From Naegleria gruberi (lineage: Eukaryota), in assembly GCA_000004985.1 (NCBI GenBank), contig GG738845.1: a DNA stretch of 64,000 nt. One strand, 5' to 3'. Shown piece after piece: positions 23,321 to 35,875 of this stretch; positions within the stretch are counted from its first letter, which is position 1; every line of letters starts with the position of its first letter. The position numbers and the translations under genes were made by a program. A model generated the notes under the pieces. It did not search any database, had not been told where the DNA came from, and saw nothing but the letters and a program-made list of their open reading frames with translations.

Positions 23321-24418
23321 ATGAGTGGATGGTGGGGCGTAGGAGCTCAGTCTTCAATTGATTCAGCCGTTTCTTTGTCTAATCAACAAAAGAAACAAAA
23401 TATCACCTCTCCGAACGGCATTCGTGGATCTAAATCTAACTTGCAATCTGGTGATGTAGAAATTAATGAATTAAAAATTAATTCCATTGAAGATTTGAGT
23501 ACATTTATTCAACAATTTGCTGCTAGTATTCATAATATGGAAAGAAATGTAAAGCACTTGTTGAGAAATTACGAATCATCTAATGGTAAGAATGGTAAAT
23601 CCGCTCTTGATACTCTGAATAATAATAAGGATTCCGAGAGGTTGAGATCCAAAATTAAAGTTTCAAAGGATAAAATTCAAAAGAGTAGAGATGCCATTCA
23701 AAAGGGCTTACTTCGTTTCTCTAAAAAGAAGATGGAATCATCATCCGGTTATGATTTAGGTAGTGATACTGATTCTGTTGCTGGTGGTTTGGATTCCTCA
23801 ATTGGAGGCGTTTCATCAGCACAAAAAGTACAATTTAACAAGTTACAATCTCAGTTTAAGGAATTATGTAAACAATATGAAAAATGTATTCAAGACTATC
23901 GTGATAGTGAAAAGAGTATGAAGAGATCTCAATTGTTTAAATATGGTGATGATGATTTAGATGCCATGTTTTCCAATAAGAATGGAGATAAATCATCAGC
24001 CAAGAATGGTTCTTCCAACAGAACTAAATCTTCCAGTGCTTCCCGTAATAATGGTGACGAAGAAGAAGATGATGATCTTGGACAGCAAGCTCAAGCCCTC
24101 GAACAAAACAAATTCGTCCTTAGTAGTGCCGATCAAGGAACATTGGACGTTGAGAAACAAATCGCCCTCGAAACTAATAGAGAATTGAAAGACTTGGAAA
24201 CTAACTATTACGAATTGCATCAATGCTTTGTTGATTTGAATGAAATGGTAAAGGAACAAGGAGAAGGAATTGAAGTTATCCAACAAAATGTACAACTAGC
24301 TAACGAATATGTAGAACAAGGTGTGGAAAATATTAAGGTCGCCAAGAGTTTTACTGGTATGGGCTTATTACAAAACATCTTTTCTCCTGGTAATATCATT
24401 AAGAATCTTATTAAGTAA
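23321..24418 (+). CDS. Syntaxin-family Qa-SNARE (long Ser-rich N-terminal region); a C-terminal TM anchor was not found in this ORF (a downstream exon is possible)
   Basis: The SNARE motif is 'ALETNRELKDLETNYYELHQCFVDLNEMVKEQGEGIEVIQQNVQLANEYVEQGVENIKVAKSF', with a zero-layer Q in 'KEQGE'. The ORF ends '...SPGNIIKNLIK*'. A GTAATA donor at ~24389 could splice to a downstream TM exon. Confidence 0.6.
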   Translation: MSGWWGVGAQSSIDSAVSLSNQQKKQNITSPNGIRGSKSNLQSGDVEINELKINSIEDLSTFIQQFAASIHNMERNVKHLLRNYESSNGKNGKSALDTLNNNKDSERLRSKIKVSKDKIQKSRDAIQKGLLRFSKKKMESSSGYDLGSDTDSVAGGLDSSIGGVSSAQKVQFNKLQSQFKELCKQYEKCIQDYRDSEKSMKRSQLFKYGDDDLDAMFSNKNGDKSSAKNGSSNRTKSSSASRNNGDEEEDDDLGQQAQALEQNKFVLSSADQGTLDVEKQIALETNRELKDLETNYYELHQCFVDLNEMVKEQGEGIEVIQQNVQLANEYVEQGVENIKVAKSFTGMGLLQNIFSPGNIIKNLIK

Positions 24419-25764
24419 ATGTAAATTAATTCACTAACTTTAAGATTATTTTAATCAATTTTACTTTTGTAACTGACCTCCAATTAATCGACTAAAGGTT
24501 CTGATCTTTTCTAAGTAATTGATTATATAATTCAACCCAGTTCAAATCTGCTTCCATGTCACTAATTATCATTGTTCAAATTTGAAATAGTTTTACTTTT
24601 AAAGTATTGAATTCAATCAAAAGCTTCTAGAAGGAAGAAAACATGAGTTTGAGCTGGCTGCAAATACAACAAAAAAGACATGAAGAAGCGAGTAAGGAGA
24701 AGGTAATAAAGCTCCATTGTTTGAAATTAAAATGGTGTAGCTGATCATCGTTTATCCACTATGAAGGTGAAGAACAACAAAACATCAAAGTTTGAAGGAG
24801 TTATGTTAGAGAAAGATGGTGATGATGTGCATGAATATTTCTTCAAGTGAAAAGATTTTTTACATCTCTCATAGAAATAACATTAAGGATGAAAGTTTTG
24901 AATTTGAATACATCATTGTGATTTGTTGATCCAATGGACAACTAGTCTGATTATTAGACCTAATAGAGTACTTTTCTTTACAATTGTTCTCTCCATTTTT
25001 CAACGACAACAGTGTTACGGCAGAATAGTTTCGCCTCTTTTTCAATGATTCTCCTCTTTTCAATTCCTACCGAAGAATCTTCAACAACAATTTGAATTGA
25101 ATTGAGAACGAACATCATGAGCATCTACTACATTCTGATTGAATCAATCAACATGTCGAATTGACAATAAAGGCAATAATTAAATACATATGCTATTATC
25201 TTTCGATTTTCATTGTAAAAACAGTAAACATGCAAAACATGCGCACCACTCAAACAAACTTCTTTACCAACAACAAAACAACTTTCAATACACAACAATA
25301 ACAGATGAGCATTAATACAATATATCATTCCATATTGCACCAACAACTCTGAAAACAACCTTGCTTTTTTTCCTTTTCTGTAATTCCCACTCAAATGGCG
25401 GCAAAACAATCATTTTCTTTTAAGGGCGGCACAACATTTCTAAACCGCCTCCCGAATACCCGAAAAAAAGAATCAAAAAAATGATGTCTGAGAACGAGCC
25501 AATGCACAAGGTGTTTGCTGATGAGTTTTACCGATTAGTAGGAGAATCATAACTTGTAAGGGACAGAGAAACGGCGATCATTCTCCTGAATAAGTAAATT
25601 TTAAACAGCACGAGTCGGCGAGAGGGATTTTAATTGGCAGCCAATAATACTACTGCTATTGTTGTTAGGTATCTTTGAAAGCTGGTTGAATTGTTTAAAT
25701 AGTTGGCCCTACATTGTGGTGAATTACAAAAAAACAACAACAAAACAAGAATAATAACAACAAG

Positions 25765-26070
25765 ATGAGCATTAACACTAATACATTCTCTTACTTTATG
25801 AGAAAGCCAGCTTTCCAATTTGCTGTCATTGGTGGTACTTTGGGTCTCTCTTTCTTCATTAACAGAGCTCAAAAATCAATGCAAGGCAAGACTTTTGAAA
25901 ACCACGTTCCAACTGATGAAATGTGGGCTTGGTATGATAAGCACTGTGCTAGACAAGGTGAAAATCAAGATATTGTCATGAAGGATCACTCTATCAACAT
26001 TCCACACATGATGGGTCGTTTCGATCGTAGAGATGAAGTTGACTCAAACCCATTCTACTTGAAGAAGTAA
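25765..26070 (+). CDS. Small single-TM protein, hypothetical (possibly a mitochondrial inner-membrane small subunit)
   Basis: A 101-aa ATG-initiated ORF with one hydrophobic helix, 'FQFAVIGGTLGLSFFI'. It sits in an otherwise ORF-free region, with a 3' AATAAA-like context. Confidence 0.3.
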   Translation: MSINTNTFSYFMRKPAFQFAVIGGTLGLSFFINRAQKSMQGKTFENHVPTDEMWAWYDKHCARQGENQDIVMKDHSINIPHMMGRFDRRDEVDSNPFYLKK

Positions 26071-27120
26071 ATTCGTAAATAGAAGGGCACTCAACCTACA
26101 TCAATTTAAACCCTACACTTTGTGCATTTTCCTCACTACTCTGAGGGAGATTGCAAAGAGTGTGAAATTTTGTACAAAACCTCCCTAATGATATCCCCTT
26201 ACCTTAATAAACAATTTTTAAAATCTCTTAAAGAATTCTGTATTTGTTATATGTGTGCATTTCGACTTTAGTAGTTGGGATTTGTTATTAGCTTTCATCG
26301 GATATTCCAATTAAAATTGAAGAATTAACATATGGATTAAGCAAAATAATGCTTGTAATTGCCTTTGGTTGTCAAGGAAGAATTTGATTTGTTCATTTCT
26401 AAAAACATGCATAATGGAACATCATGTATGGAAATTATGAAAAGTTTTCTCGTAGGTGAACAGACAAAGGAGGTTATTGAGCTTGTTTTTAGACGAGTCA
26501 AGTGTAAAGTGAGCTCATTCACTCCAAGGTTGGATTAGATCTCATATTTTAACAGGTAGGCTTGTTGTTTCAATTTCGTAATAAGATAACTCACTACAGT
26601 TCACTACAGTGTTTGAACATTGATGCCGCAACTCATTGTTACTCTGTAACAAACCCATCTGCTATCCTTGAAATTATTTTCTATACGAAAGAGGGAATCG
26701 TGCGATTTTCCCAACCCTATTTTTTGGTGTCTCTATTCCTTATTAGCATATCAACACCATGCGTAATAGTTGATTGTTATCATCCTTGTGCCGGTTAGAA
26801 TCAAATTAGAGGATCGGTTTACCTTGACTGAAACCAATTTAATCAGTTTACTTCCAATGTTTGTTAAGGTGTTCAATTTCATTACTTTCTGTCCTCAATC
26901 ATGATTTTTAACAAGATAGTGCGTATTGTGTTCACAATGTTCAATTTACAATTATGAGAGTGTCACTCCCTTTGATTGTGGAGCTGTGTTAAAAAAAAAA
27001 GCACTTTTCCATAACAGTGATATACTTACTATTTTAAATTAACTAGAACGTACGTTTAAATATTAAACATGCGCGATTGAATATTTAATTCTCATACATA
27101 AAAAAATACTAATATTCACA

Positions 27121-28686
27121 ATGGTCAAGCTTCAACTTGTTGCTGTCTTTGCCATTCTTTTGGTATGCATGAGTGCATTGGCTAGTTGTACCTCCTTCAA
27201 ACAAGCTTTGGGAGATTACGTCAGTCAACCAGAAAGTGCCTACTCTTACAAGTTAATTGGTTCTAGAACCATTACTGGAGCAACAATTTACACCTTGAAT
27301 GTTACTTCATTAACTTGGTTGCCAACCTCAGAAGTTGGTGCTGCCAACACTTGGTTCCACTATGTTGAAATTACCATTCCAAACAATTTGAATAAGAATA
27401 ATCATGAAAGTTTATTCTTCATTACTAATGGTGATAACAATGTTGCTGTTCCTGGTGCCACTGATGCCTCTGCCTCTCCAATTTATGTTCCTTCCTTCAT
27501 GTATAGTACTGCTGTAGCTACAAAGAGTGTTACTGCTATTGTTTATATGATTCCAAATCAACCAATTACTTATAATTCTGATCCAACTTTGGCTAGTCGT
27601 GTTGAAGATGCTATTATTGGTTATGGATGGAATCGTTTCATGAGCAATACTACAAATAGTAATCTTTTATATGTTACTCAATTGCCTCAAGTTAAGGGAA
27701 GTAAGATGGCCATGGATGCTGTTGTTTCATTTGTTAAGAAACAAGCTAATCATGTCATTGACCAATTCACTGTCAGTGGTGCTTCAAAGAGAGGGTAAGT
27801 ATATTTTAGTCAATTGAGTCATTTAACATTTTATTAGTTGGACAACCATTCTTTTGGCTGCTGTTGATAGCCGTGTTGCTGCCATTGCTCCAATGGTCAT
27901 TCCAGTATTCGGAACTAAGGATTTCATTGTCAGAACATACAATAACTTGTGTGCTTGGCCTTGGGCTTTCTATGATTATGTCAGTAATGGAGTTACTGAT
28001 AAGCTTTTCAATAATGTTTTTGAAAGTTTGACCGACATTGTTGATCCATTGAATTACAATAGATTGAAGAATATTCCAAAGTATCAAATTCTCTCATTGG
28101 GTGATGAATTCTTTGCTCCGTAAGTTTCTACATACTTTCCATTAGTTTCTAATATTATATATATATATTCAGTGATCTCAATAACCTTGCCTACTCAAAG
28201 ATTAAGGGTGAAAAGTATGTCCGTTTCATTCCAAACACTGGTCACTTGATGTTGAACTCTGACGTCTTACCAGTTCTCGGTTCCTTCTACGCCTCCAGAT
28301 TGGCCAACACTGTCCTTCCAAAGTATACCTTCTCTCACGAATTTGTCGATAACGGTGTTATTATCTATGTTTCAGTTACTAATGGTGCCAAGCCAACCTC
28401 TGTCAAATTGTGGAGTGCCACCAATCCAAGCACTCGTGATTTCAGAACCTCAACTATTGGTGCTGATGTCTGGAAGAACTCAACCTTGGTTGAAGTTAGA
28501 GAATCTGAATGGCAAGCTTTTGTTAGAAATCCAACAACTGGTTGGACTACTGCTATGATTGAATTGACTTTTGCTAATTCTGTCAGCACTGAACCATTGG
28601 TTTTCACATCAAATGCTTTCATTACTCCTGATACTTTGCCATGTAATATTAGTAAGAAGAATTTGCCAACTCACAACATGATTTAA
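27121..28686 (+). CDS. Secreted PhoPQ-activated pathogenicity-related (PqaA/PF10142-like) alpha/beta-hydrolase fold protein; 3 exons ~27121..27795, ~27839..28127, ~28173..28686
   Basis: A signal peptide MVKLQLVAVFAILLVCMSALAS is present. Exon 1 ends '...FTVSGASKRG|gtaagt' and continues 'WTTILLAAVDSRVAAIAPMV...' (nucleophile elbow SGASKRGW). The second intron is gctcc|gtaagt...atattcag; all three track ORFs are in phase. The mature region is Asn/Thr-rich. Confidence 0.5.
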
Positions 28687-28882
28687 ATAAATTGTAATCT
28701 TTGAGAGTGACCATGAACTTTTTCATTATGATTGATAGTTAAGTGGTACATTCCAGTATTGACCTTAGTGTCTCGGTCCACTCTCTTCATTTCAACAGAA
28801 TTTAAATAGATTCTAGCTCTCATCAATTTTGAACTAAACAAATTTTCGTTTAAATTTTTTCAAAAAAACTTGATAAAAAAAA

Positions 28883-31670
28883 ATGGAAGTTTTGGATGAT
28901 CAATTATCTTCCTCATTGTTATTATCATCGGAGGAAGACAATTCTTCAAGCTTGAATAATAATGGCACAATAAATAATCAGCAACAACAGGAAGTAGCCA
29001 CTAGTGTAATAAATAGTGAACAATCATTTCATATTCTAGAGTACAATAACAAGTTATTAAATCAATTGGAAGAACATCAAAAAAGTCCGAATGTTATTGT
29101 TAATAGTAATAATGTATTATATCATTCTATTCAATGTTTAATTTATTGGGATTACGAAAATATTTCGTTATCATCAAATATTAATCAATTTAAAAGTAAT
29201 ACTGTGACTACAAGTGTATTTTTATCAAGTTTAATTAATAGATTGGAGGCGGAGTTACAACAATACTATAATAATTATTTAAATATGAACAATAATAATG
29301 TTGTAAATAATGTTCAAATTAAAGTCAATACACCATTTATTAAAGTATATGGAGATATGTATCAAATACCCAAGTACAGAAGAACTGAATTTTATCAAAA
29401 TGGATGTCATTTGATTGATGTTCCTCACTTGGGAACTACTAGGAAAGAAGTGGTTGATAAAATGATGTTAACAGATGTGTTAATGGATTTGAATATTTAT
29501 AATAGACCTATTTTCAATCAATTTATGAACACTCAATCCAATGTCTTACCTAGTACAGCTATAATTTTGTTAACAGGAGATCAAGATTTTTGCCATTTAC
29601 TATCAAGATTGAAATATCAATCAATTCCATCTGTTGTAATCATTAAAAAGGATCAAACTCAACACGGAGGTTCTATGTATGATTCTGATAGTGATCAATC
29701 TATTAACACTTTATTACAAGCTTCAACTTTTTGGATTCCTTTTGAAAATGTCTATAATGATTCATTGAATTTTATGAAATTTGAAAAGACTCGTTTATTG
29801 AATGGTGGAGGAGTTTTAGCATCGAACACCATTCCAACAAACAATAGTGTTTCATTACCAAATAATAACATTTTGACGACACAACCTGTCACCACTAGTA
29901 ATTACATTACCAATGGTAATACCAACAACAATACTGTTAATAATGTGTTATAATAATAACATTTCTGATGAAGATAAAAGTGGGGATGAAAAGAAGGAAG
30001 TTTCCCTTGATGAATATATTGAAAGTATTTCTCCACAAACTCCTAGAGAACTACTTCCAAAAGATATCAAACTTATTAGTTTTATTTTATTGAAATATGT
30101 GGAGCCATTAGAATTGGGAAATTTGAGTTCACAACTTGTCAACTTGAATATTACTCCTAAAAAATTGAAAAAATTCATTGAAGGTTATGATAATAGCCAA
30201 TTTATTGAGTTAATCAAGAGTAAAAACTCAACCAATATTTTACTTACAGATAGGAAGAAAATCTTAAAGTTATTGCCAAATTATGTTAAAGTTACAATTA
30301 CCAAAAAGAAGAGCCTGTTAAATATCCAATCAGCTATAACTGTTGATCATACTGTAATTGATGAAGTTGGAGAATCAAAAGAATATCCAAAATTCCAAAA
30401 GTTTGATGATGAAAATAATCATGAAGAGAATAGTAATGGAAAATTAGTAGAGCCTGCATTCAAAATGTCTTTGGAAGAATACATTATGAAATATCTTTCA
30501 GCACCAAACAAACGAGATTTAAATAGTACGGATATGTACTTGATTTGTTTCATTCTATTGTTGGAAGATAATATGGAGTTGGGAGCTTTGAGCAGCAGAT
30601 TATATCAATACAGAGTGAAACCAAGATCATTGAAAAAGAATCTGATTGAATTTAACACTTTGGGAGATAAGAACGGTCAATTGGTTGGCATTTTCAAATT
30701 AGAACAGAGAGGAAACATGTTGTTTATTGCATTGACAGACAGAAATGTTGTCATGAATTTATTACCAAAGAATGTAGAGTTTACTCCACCTCCTAAAACT
30801 CCACTATCCTTAATACTGAATAATAGTATTTTTGGTGATAACAACCAATTAATATCTCCAAATGTAAGCCAGTTAATACCAAAACAAACTCAATTAGCCA
30901 AATTACCGAAAAAGGTACTATCTGAGAATAATATTGTAGATGCTAGCCCTACTGCCGTGCCATCGTCACCAAGCAAATTAGCAAGTAGTTCAGATAATGA
31001 TGATAATTTATCTGTGGGAAGAGCAAGTGTTTCATCCAGTGGTGCATCCTCTTCTCAAAGTGTTGGAAATGAAAGCAATGATAGTCCTGCAAACAAGGAT
31101 GGAGAGGAGGAGGAATCGTCTGTTTCTTCTGGCAATGAAAACATTGAAGGAAAGAAGAGTATCACCAATGATATCCTGATGGAATTGGAGGATACAGTCA
31201 AGGATTTCAAGGATCAAAAGATGAGCTACTTGACAGTGAAAAATCATTACACCAAGTTGGGATTCAACACTAAACACTTGCAAAGAAAAATTGTACAATT
31301 ATCTCCTCACTTGAATGTTGTTCAAAGAGGAAATGAAATGGTAATTGAATACGACAGTCAAAAAACAACCACTGTACCTTCCAATCTATCGAATAATTTA
31401 CAAGTTTATTCAAAGAAGGAACATAAGGTTGCAACATTCCATGATATTTTGAAAATTATTGAAGATTTATCTTCCAGCTATCCATATGAGGCAGATCTTT
31501 CTCTTGTTGGTACAATTGTAAAACAATTAGGATGGCGTGTTGAAGGTAATATGAAATTGAAAGATTTTCTCCAAATGAATGATACTTCACAAATATTACA
31601 ATTTGACAAGACCAAGAATAATTGGATGATTAAAATCAAAAAGAAAACAAAGAAACAAACTCTCAATTAA
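28883..31670 (+). CDS. NYN-domain ribonuclease + multiple OST-HTH/LOTUS domain protein (MARF1/limkain-b-like architecture); 2 exons 28883..29946 and 29981..31670 joined across a 34-nt intron
   Basis: Exon 1 carries NYN motifs 'CLIYWDYENISLSS', 'DKMMLTDVLMDL' and 'ILLTGDQDFCHLLSRLKYQSIPSVVIIKK'. Exon 2 contains at least 3 repeats of ~90 aa, for example 'VSLDEYIESISPQTPRELLPKDIKLISFILLKYVEPLELGNLSSQLVNLNITPKKLKKFIEGYDNSQFIELIKS...LTDRKKILKLLP' and 'MSLEEYIMKYLSAPNKRDLNSTDMYLICFILLLEDNMELGALSSRLYQYRVKPRSLKK...' This is LOTUS-like. Track ORFs 28883..29953 and 29913..31670 are offset by +1; the GTTATA...AAAAG segment at 29947-29980 restores the frame. Confidence 0.55.
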
Positions 31671-31760
31671 AAATTGATACAACAAGCTTAATTATAATAA
31701 TTGAAAAAATCTTTAATCCAATAATAGTCAATTTACATTTAAAATATCAATCAAAAAAAA

Positions 31761-33659
31761 ATGTCAAACGTGGACCTCCAACAAGTACAAACCACTACCA
31801 CTAGTAATAAATTAAATTTAGTAAAATTAAAAGAATATGTTACTGAACAATTTAATCATAATTTATTACCAGTATTAGAAGATTTTATTCGTATTCCTAA
31901 TTTATCACCTAATTTTGATAAAGAAGTATTAAGTAATGGACATATGGAACAAGCCTTGAGTTTAATTGTACATTGGATTAAAAATCAAAATATCAAAGGT
32001 TTAAATTTAAATGTTATGAGAATTGAGGGAAAAACTCCTTTAATTTTCATTGATATTGATTCTACTATTATTGGTTAGTATATAGTTATCATAATATTTA
32101 AATTTTAATATTTAATATTTATATGATGATGATGATAATTAATAGGAAAGGAAGGATGGAAAGAAAATGTACCAACAGTATTCATGTATGGTCATGCCGA
32201 TAAACAACCACCAAATACTGGATGGGCTGAAGGATTAGGACCATACGATCCTGTCATTAGAACACGTTTACCTTCTACTTTTAATACTTCTACAACTGAT
32301 GATAGTAATAATAATACTGTTAGTAATAATACTGACAGTAATACTGATAGTAATACCGAAGATAAAAAAGATGAAGATTTATATTTATATGGACGTGGTA
32401 GTAATGATGATGGATATGCAGTATTTTCATCAATATTATCAATTAAATCACTTCAAGAACAATCTATTGAACATGGACGTATTATTATAGTATGTGAATT
32501 TAGTGAAGAGAGTGGATCATGTGATTTACCATATTACCTCTGTCAAATATTACCATATAATAGAACTGAACATATTAGAAGTAAAATGACAGCAGAGGAT
32601 TTATCACTCATTCCATCACATTGTTTATCTGATGATTATAAAGGAATGATTCAAAGTTGTGTTGATTTGGTTATTTGTTTAGATTCTGGTGTTGGTAATT
32701 ATGAACGTATTTGGACTACTATTAGTTTGAGAGGAATATTTGTTTTTGAATTGCACGTTTCTTTAATTAGAGAAGGTTTGTTTTTTTAACTATTTATTTA
32801 ATATTAATTTAATATTAATTTTGTTTTATTAAATATATTAAATATTTAAATAGGAGTACATTCAGGTGGATATAGTGGATTAGTATCTGATTCATTTAGA
32901 GTAATTAGAATGTTATTATCTAGAATTGAAAATGAACAAGATGGATCAATTAAAATTCCAGAATTATATGGAACACCAAAAGAAGAAAAAGATCCAATTC
33001 ATTCTAATTTACCTAAATGGGTAGTTGAAAAATTTAAAAAAACAGTAGAATTATTAGGATATAGTGGAGTATGTGAATCAGTTCCATTATTAAATTCTTC
33101 AGTTGAATTAATGAATCAAGATTTATTAGAATTATTATTAAACAAAACATGGAGACCAACTTTAACAATAACAGGTGCAAATGGTTTACCACCAATTGAA
33201 ACAGCTGGTAATGTATTAAGACCATTAACAGCATTAAAATGTTCAATTAGATTACCACCACATGTTACACCAAATGAACAACTTGAACAATTAGTTTTAA
33301 ATGAGCTCATTAGAAATCCACCCTATAATGCACAAGTACAAATTAAGAATATTCATACTGGAAGTGGATGGTGTTGTAGTGAATTTGATGAATGGTTAAC
33401 AAATTCACTAAATGAATCATCTAGAGAATTCTTTAATGTTGATGAAATTGGATGTTTAGGTGAAGGTGGCACAATTCCATTTATGAAAGTTTTAAATGAT
33501 TGTTATCCACAAGCTCAAATGTTAATTACTGGTGTTGCAGGTCCTGGTTCAAATGCACACGGTCCAAATGAACATTTGAATTTAAATTATACAAAGAAAA
33601 TTATCTGTTCAGTTGCTAAACTTTTAAATGATCATAGTATTGTTAATAAAAAGAAATAA
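31761..33659 (+). CDS. M20-family metallopeptidase (dipeptidase/carboxypeptidase-like); 3 exons ~31761..32075, ~32144..32776, ~32853..33659
   Basis: M20 motifs are present: 'MYGHADKQPP' (H-x-D), 'YGRGSNDDGYA' (GRG.DDKG-like), 'CEFSEESGS' (EE.GS) and 'GVHSGGYSGL'. Introns are G|gttagt...ttaatag and G|gtttgt...aaatag. A low-complexity insertion 'TSTTDDSNNNTVSNNTDSNTDSNTEDKKDEDL' lies in exon 2. Confidence 0.7.
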
Positions 33660-34413
33660 TTATTTTTTTAAACTAAATTCAAATGATAGTCCATTTCTTT
33701 CTCATGGAATTACTTGTGTAAAGTTCTTTTTTCCAATAAAGTCATTATCTTGTTAGCTTAATATTATAAAGTTGAAGTTTTTAATAATTTATTACAAAAC
33801 CAACAAAAACAACCATGAAAAGCTTGGTATTATTGATGATCTTTTTGCCTTTGGCATCAAGAATACTGTTTTGAAAAATAAATGGAGTTTAAAGGGTTTT
33901 GATTGTAAAAGTGAGATTTTAAGTGTATCAGAATAGTATGTGGATATTAATATACTCTCATATAAAGGAAAAAAGAGGATTTCATAAATCAAATTCCATT
34001 TAACAAAAGAAACCAAAAAAGTCATAAATGGGTTTAGCTTAAAATTACTTCCTTTATTGTTATCTAGATTAACATTAAGAGGAAACTTTTAGGAAAAATA
34101 TGACACAATAAATATACTTAATTCTCTCTTGGTTCAAGTTACATCATACAGTAAAAGGCCACTTAAATGAGGCGACGGGTGCCTTTGAACTTCCCACCAA
34201 ATCAAAAGCAACATCCAAAATCAAGAAATAAAACAAGTAGCTAATATATTCTGGCTTCATTCAATCTACAATCAGAATTCGTAGGATTAAGACATTTTCA
34301 GCCAAATCCCATAGGTGTAAGAAAGAGAGTTCGTAATATTTTGTTAAATCTAAAACTAAAAAAATGGCCGTATTTGAAAATATTAGACCATTACTTGATT
34401 TAAGAAATAAAGA

Positions 34414-34722
34414 ATGTTGAATTTATGTAACAGAATGCCAAAACCAGATTCAATATTTCTGGTTGCTATTAATCAAAAGGATGATAAAGGAAAACTAAGT
34501 ATAATTACTGACCTTACCTTTAACACACATAGACGAAAAACAATAATTGAGGCTCCCTCAAAAATGAACCTTTCCTTTCTTCTTTTTAATTGGAGAAGAC
34601 TTCTTCTTAGAACCAACCTTCAACATATTAATACTTTCACACTCTTTAAACTTACTTTTGTAACCTGTATCGGAACTGACACAAATGTTTTTCAAGAGGT
34701 TGTATTTCAATTAATTAATTAA
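34414..34722 (+). repeat. Diverged inverted duplicate, arm 1 (partner at 36297..36596)
   Basis: ORF 34414 translates '...IFLVAINQKDDKGKLSIITDLTFN...'. ORF 36297(-) translates '...YYLIKTKKADNKGKPSIIKDLSMQ...'. The underlying DNA is ~70% identical, in inverted orientation. Confidence 0.4.
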
Positions 34723-35394
34723 CTTTTCAAAAGGATGTTCGACATCTAAATAATTCGATTGTGGAAGTATACAAACATGATGATCCTAATGTTTTCAAAT
34801 TATTGGAAGAAAATACGAAAAGAGAGAACAAGTTTTTCTCTATAATTAAAATTGACTAAGATAAATTCAAGTTTGTTCCAAATAATAAATATTCAATTCC
34901 CAAAAATCAAAACAAGATGAAAAGAAATATTAAATAAATCAAATAATATTAATTTCACTACACTATTGATTTGCTTAACCCAACTAAAAAATGACCAGTA
35001 AGCAATCCTCTAATCCGTTGATGAAAGAATACAAGCTCTTTGTAAATGCCAAGGCTAAGAATTTGCTTATAGAAGGTATCTTGTATTCACTGGATCCATC
35101 AAGAGTTGTCAAAGGTTACTCCTTTATTGTACAACATGTAACAAAAGTGCTGAAGATGATAAAGTTTATACCAAAAACTCCTTTTGCAGAAAGATGGATC
35201 CCATTACAGGCAAAGTGTATCTAAAAGAACACCATTTATAGAAAAGCAATTGAAAACAAAGGACGAATTGGGGTTATCTGATACTCTTTTAGGTAAACTA
35301 AGGGTTGTTATGTTTATATTTTAAATTTACTTACGTTTTGAACACAATATCAATCCGTATTCCCAAGTATGTAAAAACAAAAAAGAAAACGGAT

Positions 35395-35556
35395 TCCAAT
35401 AGAAATTAAAATACAATCTTTTTCTTTTTGTTATTGTTAAAGGTTCAGGCAAAATATTTGTACTGGTTTTACAAATTAACAACAAATCACATTTAAAAGA
35501 ATTAATTTGATTTTCTTGATGAGATAAAATGTGATAGGTTTGATGTGTCATTTTTT
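35395..35556 (-). repeat. Interspersed repeat family copy 1 (foldback-like element end, minus orientation)
   Basis: Contains 'aacaaatcacatttaaaagaattaatttgattttcttgatgagataaaatgtgataggtttgatgtgtcattttt'. This is the reverse complement of the consensus head 'aaaaatgacacgtcaaatctatcacattttatctcatcaagaaaatcaaattaattcttttaaatgtgatttgtt'. Confidence 0.7.
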
Positions 35557-35875
35557 AAATCAAATATGAGAATGGATGGAAAATGTTTTTATTTACAAGA
35601 GGGGATGAAAAATCAGATGGGTAGTTGGATCCATCCACAAAATCAAAATCCTGTGTGATGTTGTAAATTCTGTTCGGCGGAGGGGTTATGTGGGATTCTT
35701 GTAATTCTAAAAGGTCAACAAATTGTTGGTTAATAACATAATAAATGATAAACAAAAGAATTCCTTGTTTAAGTTTACTCCTTCGCCACCTTAATAAATT
35801 GTTGTAAGCTTTTACAATAAAATTTATGTTAACAACAAACTTTTAAAAGAAAAAGATGAAAGAATTTATTTAAAT

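Noticed and set aside
24600-25760. Possible small spliced gene around 24644-24850 (MSLSWLQIQQKRHEEASKEK + gtaataaag...tag intron)
   Set aside because: The coding potential is too short and unsupported by any motif. Surrounding small ORFs (24869-25409) are low-complexity.
35327-35551. Recurrent small ORFs 'M(T/S)(R/H/C)Q(I/T)(Y/H)HILSHQENQINSFKCDLL...' at 35327, 35883, 37344, 44468
   Set aside because: They are translations of the interspersed repeat head, not a conserved protein. Copies differ by indels, with no coding-type conservation.
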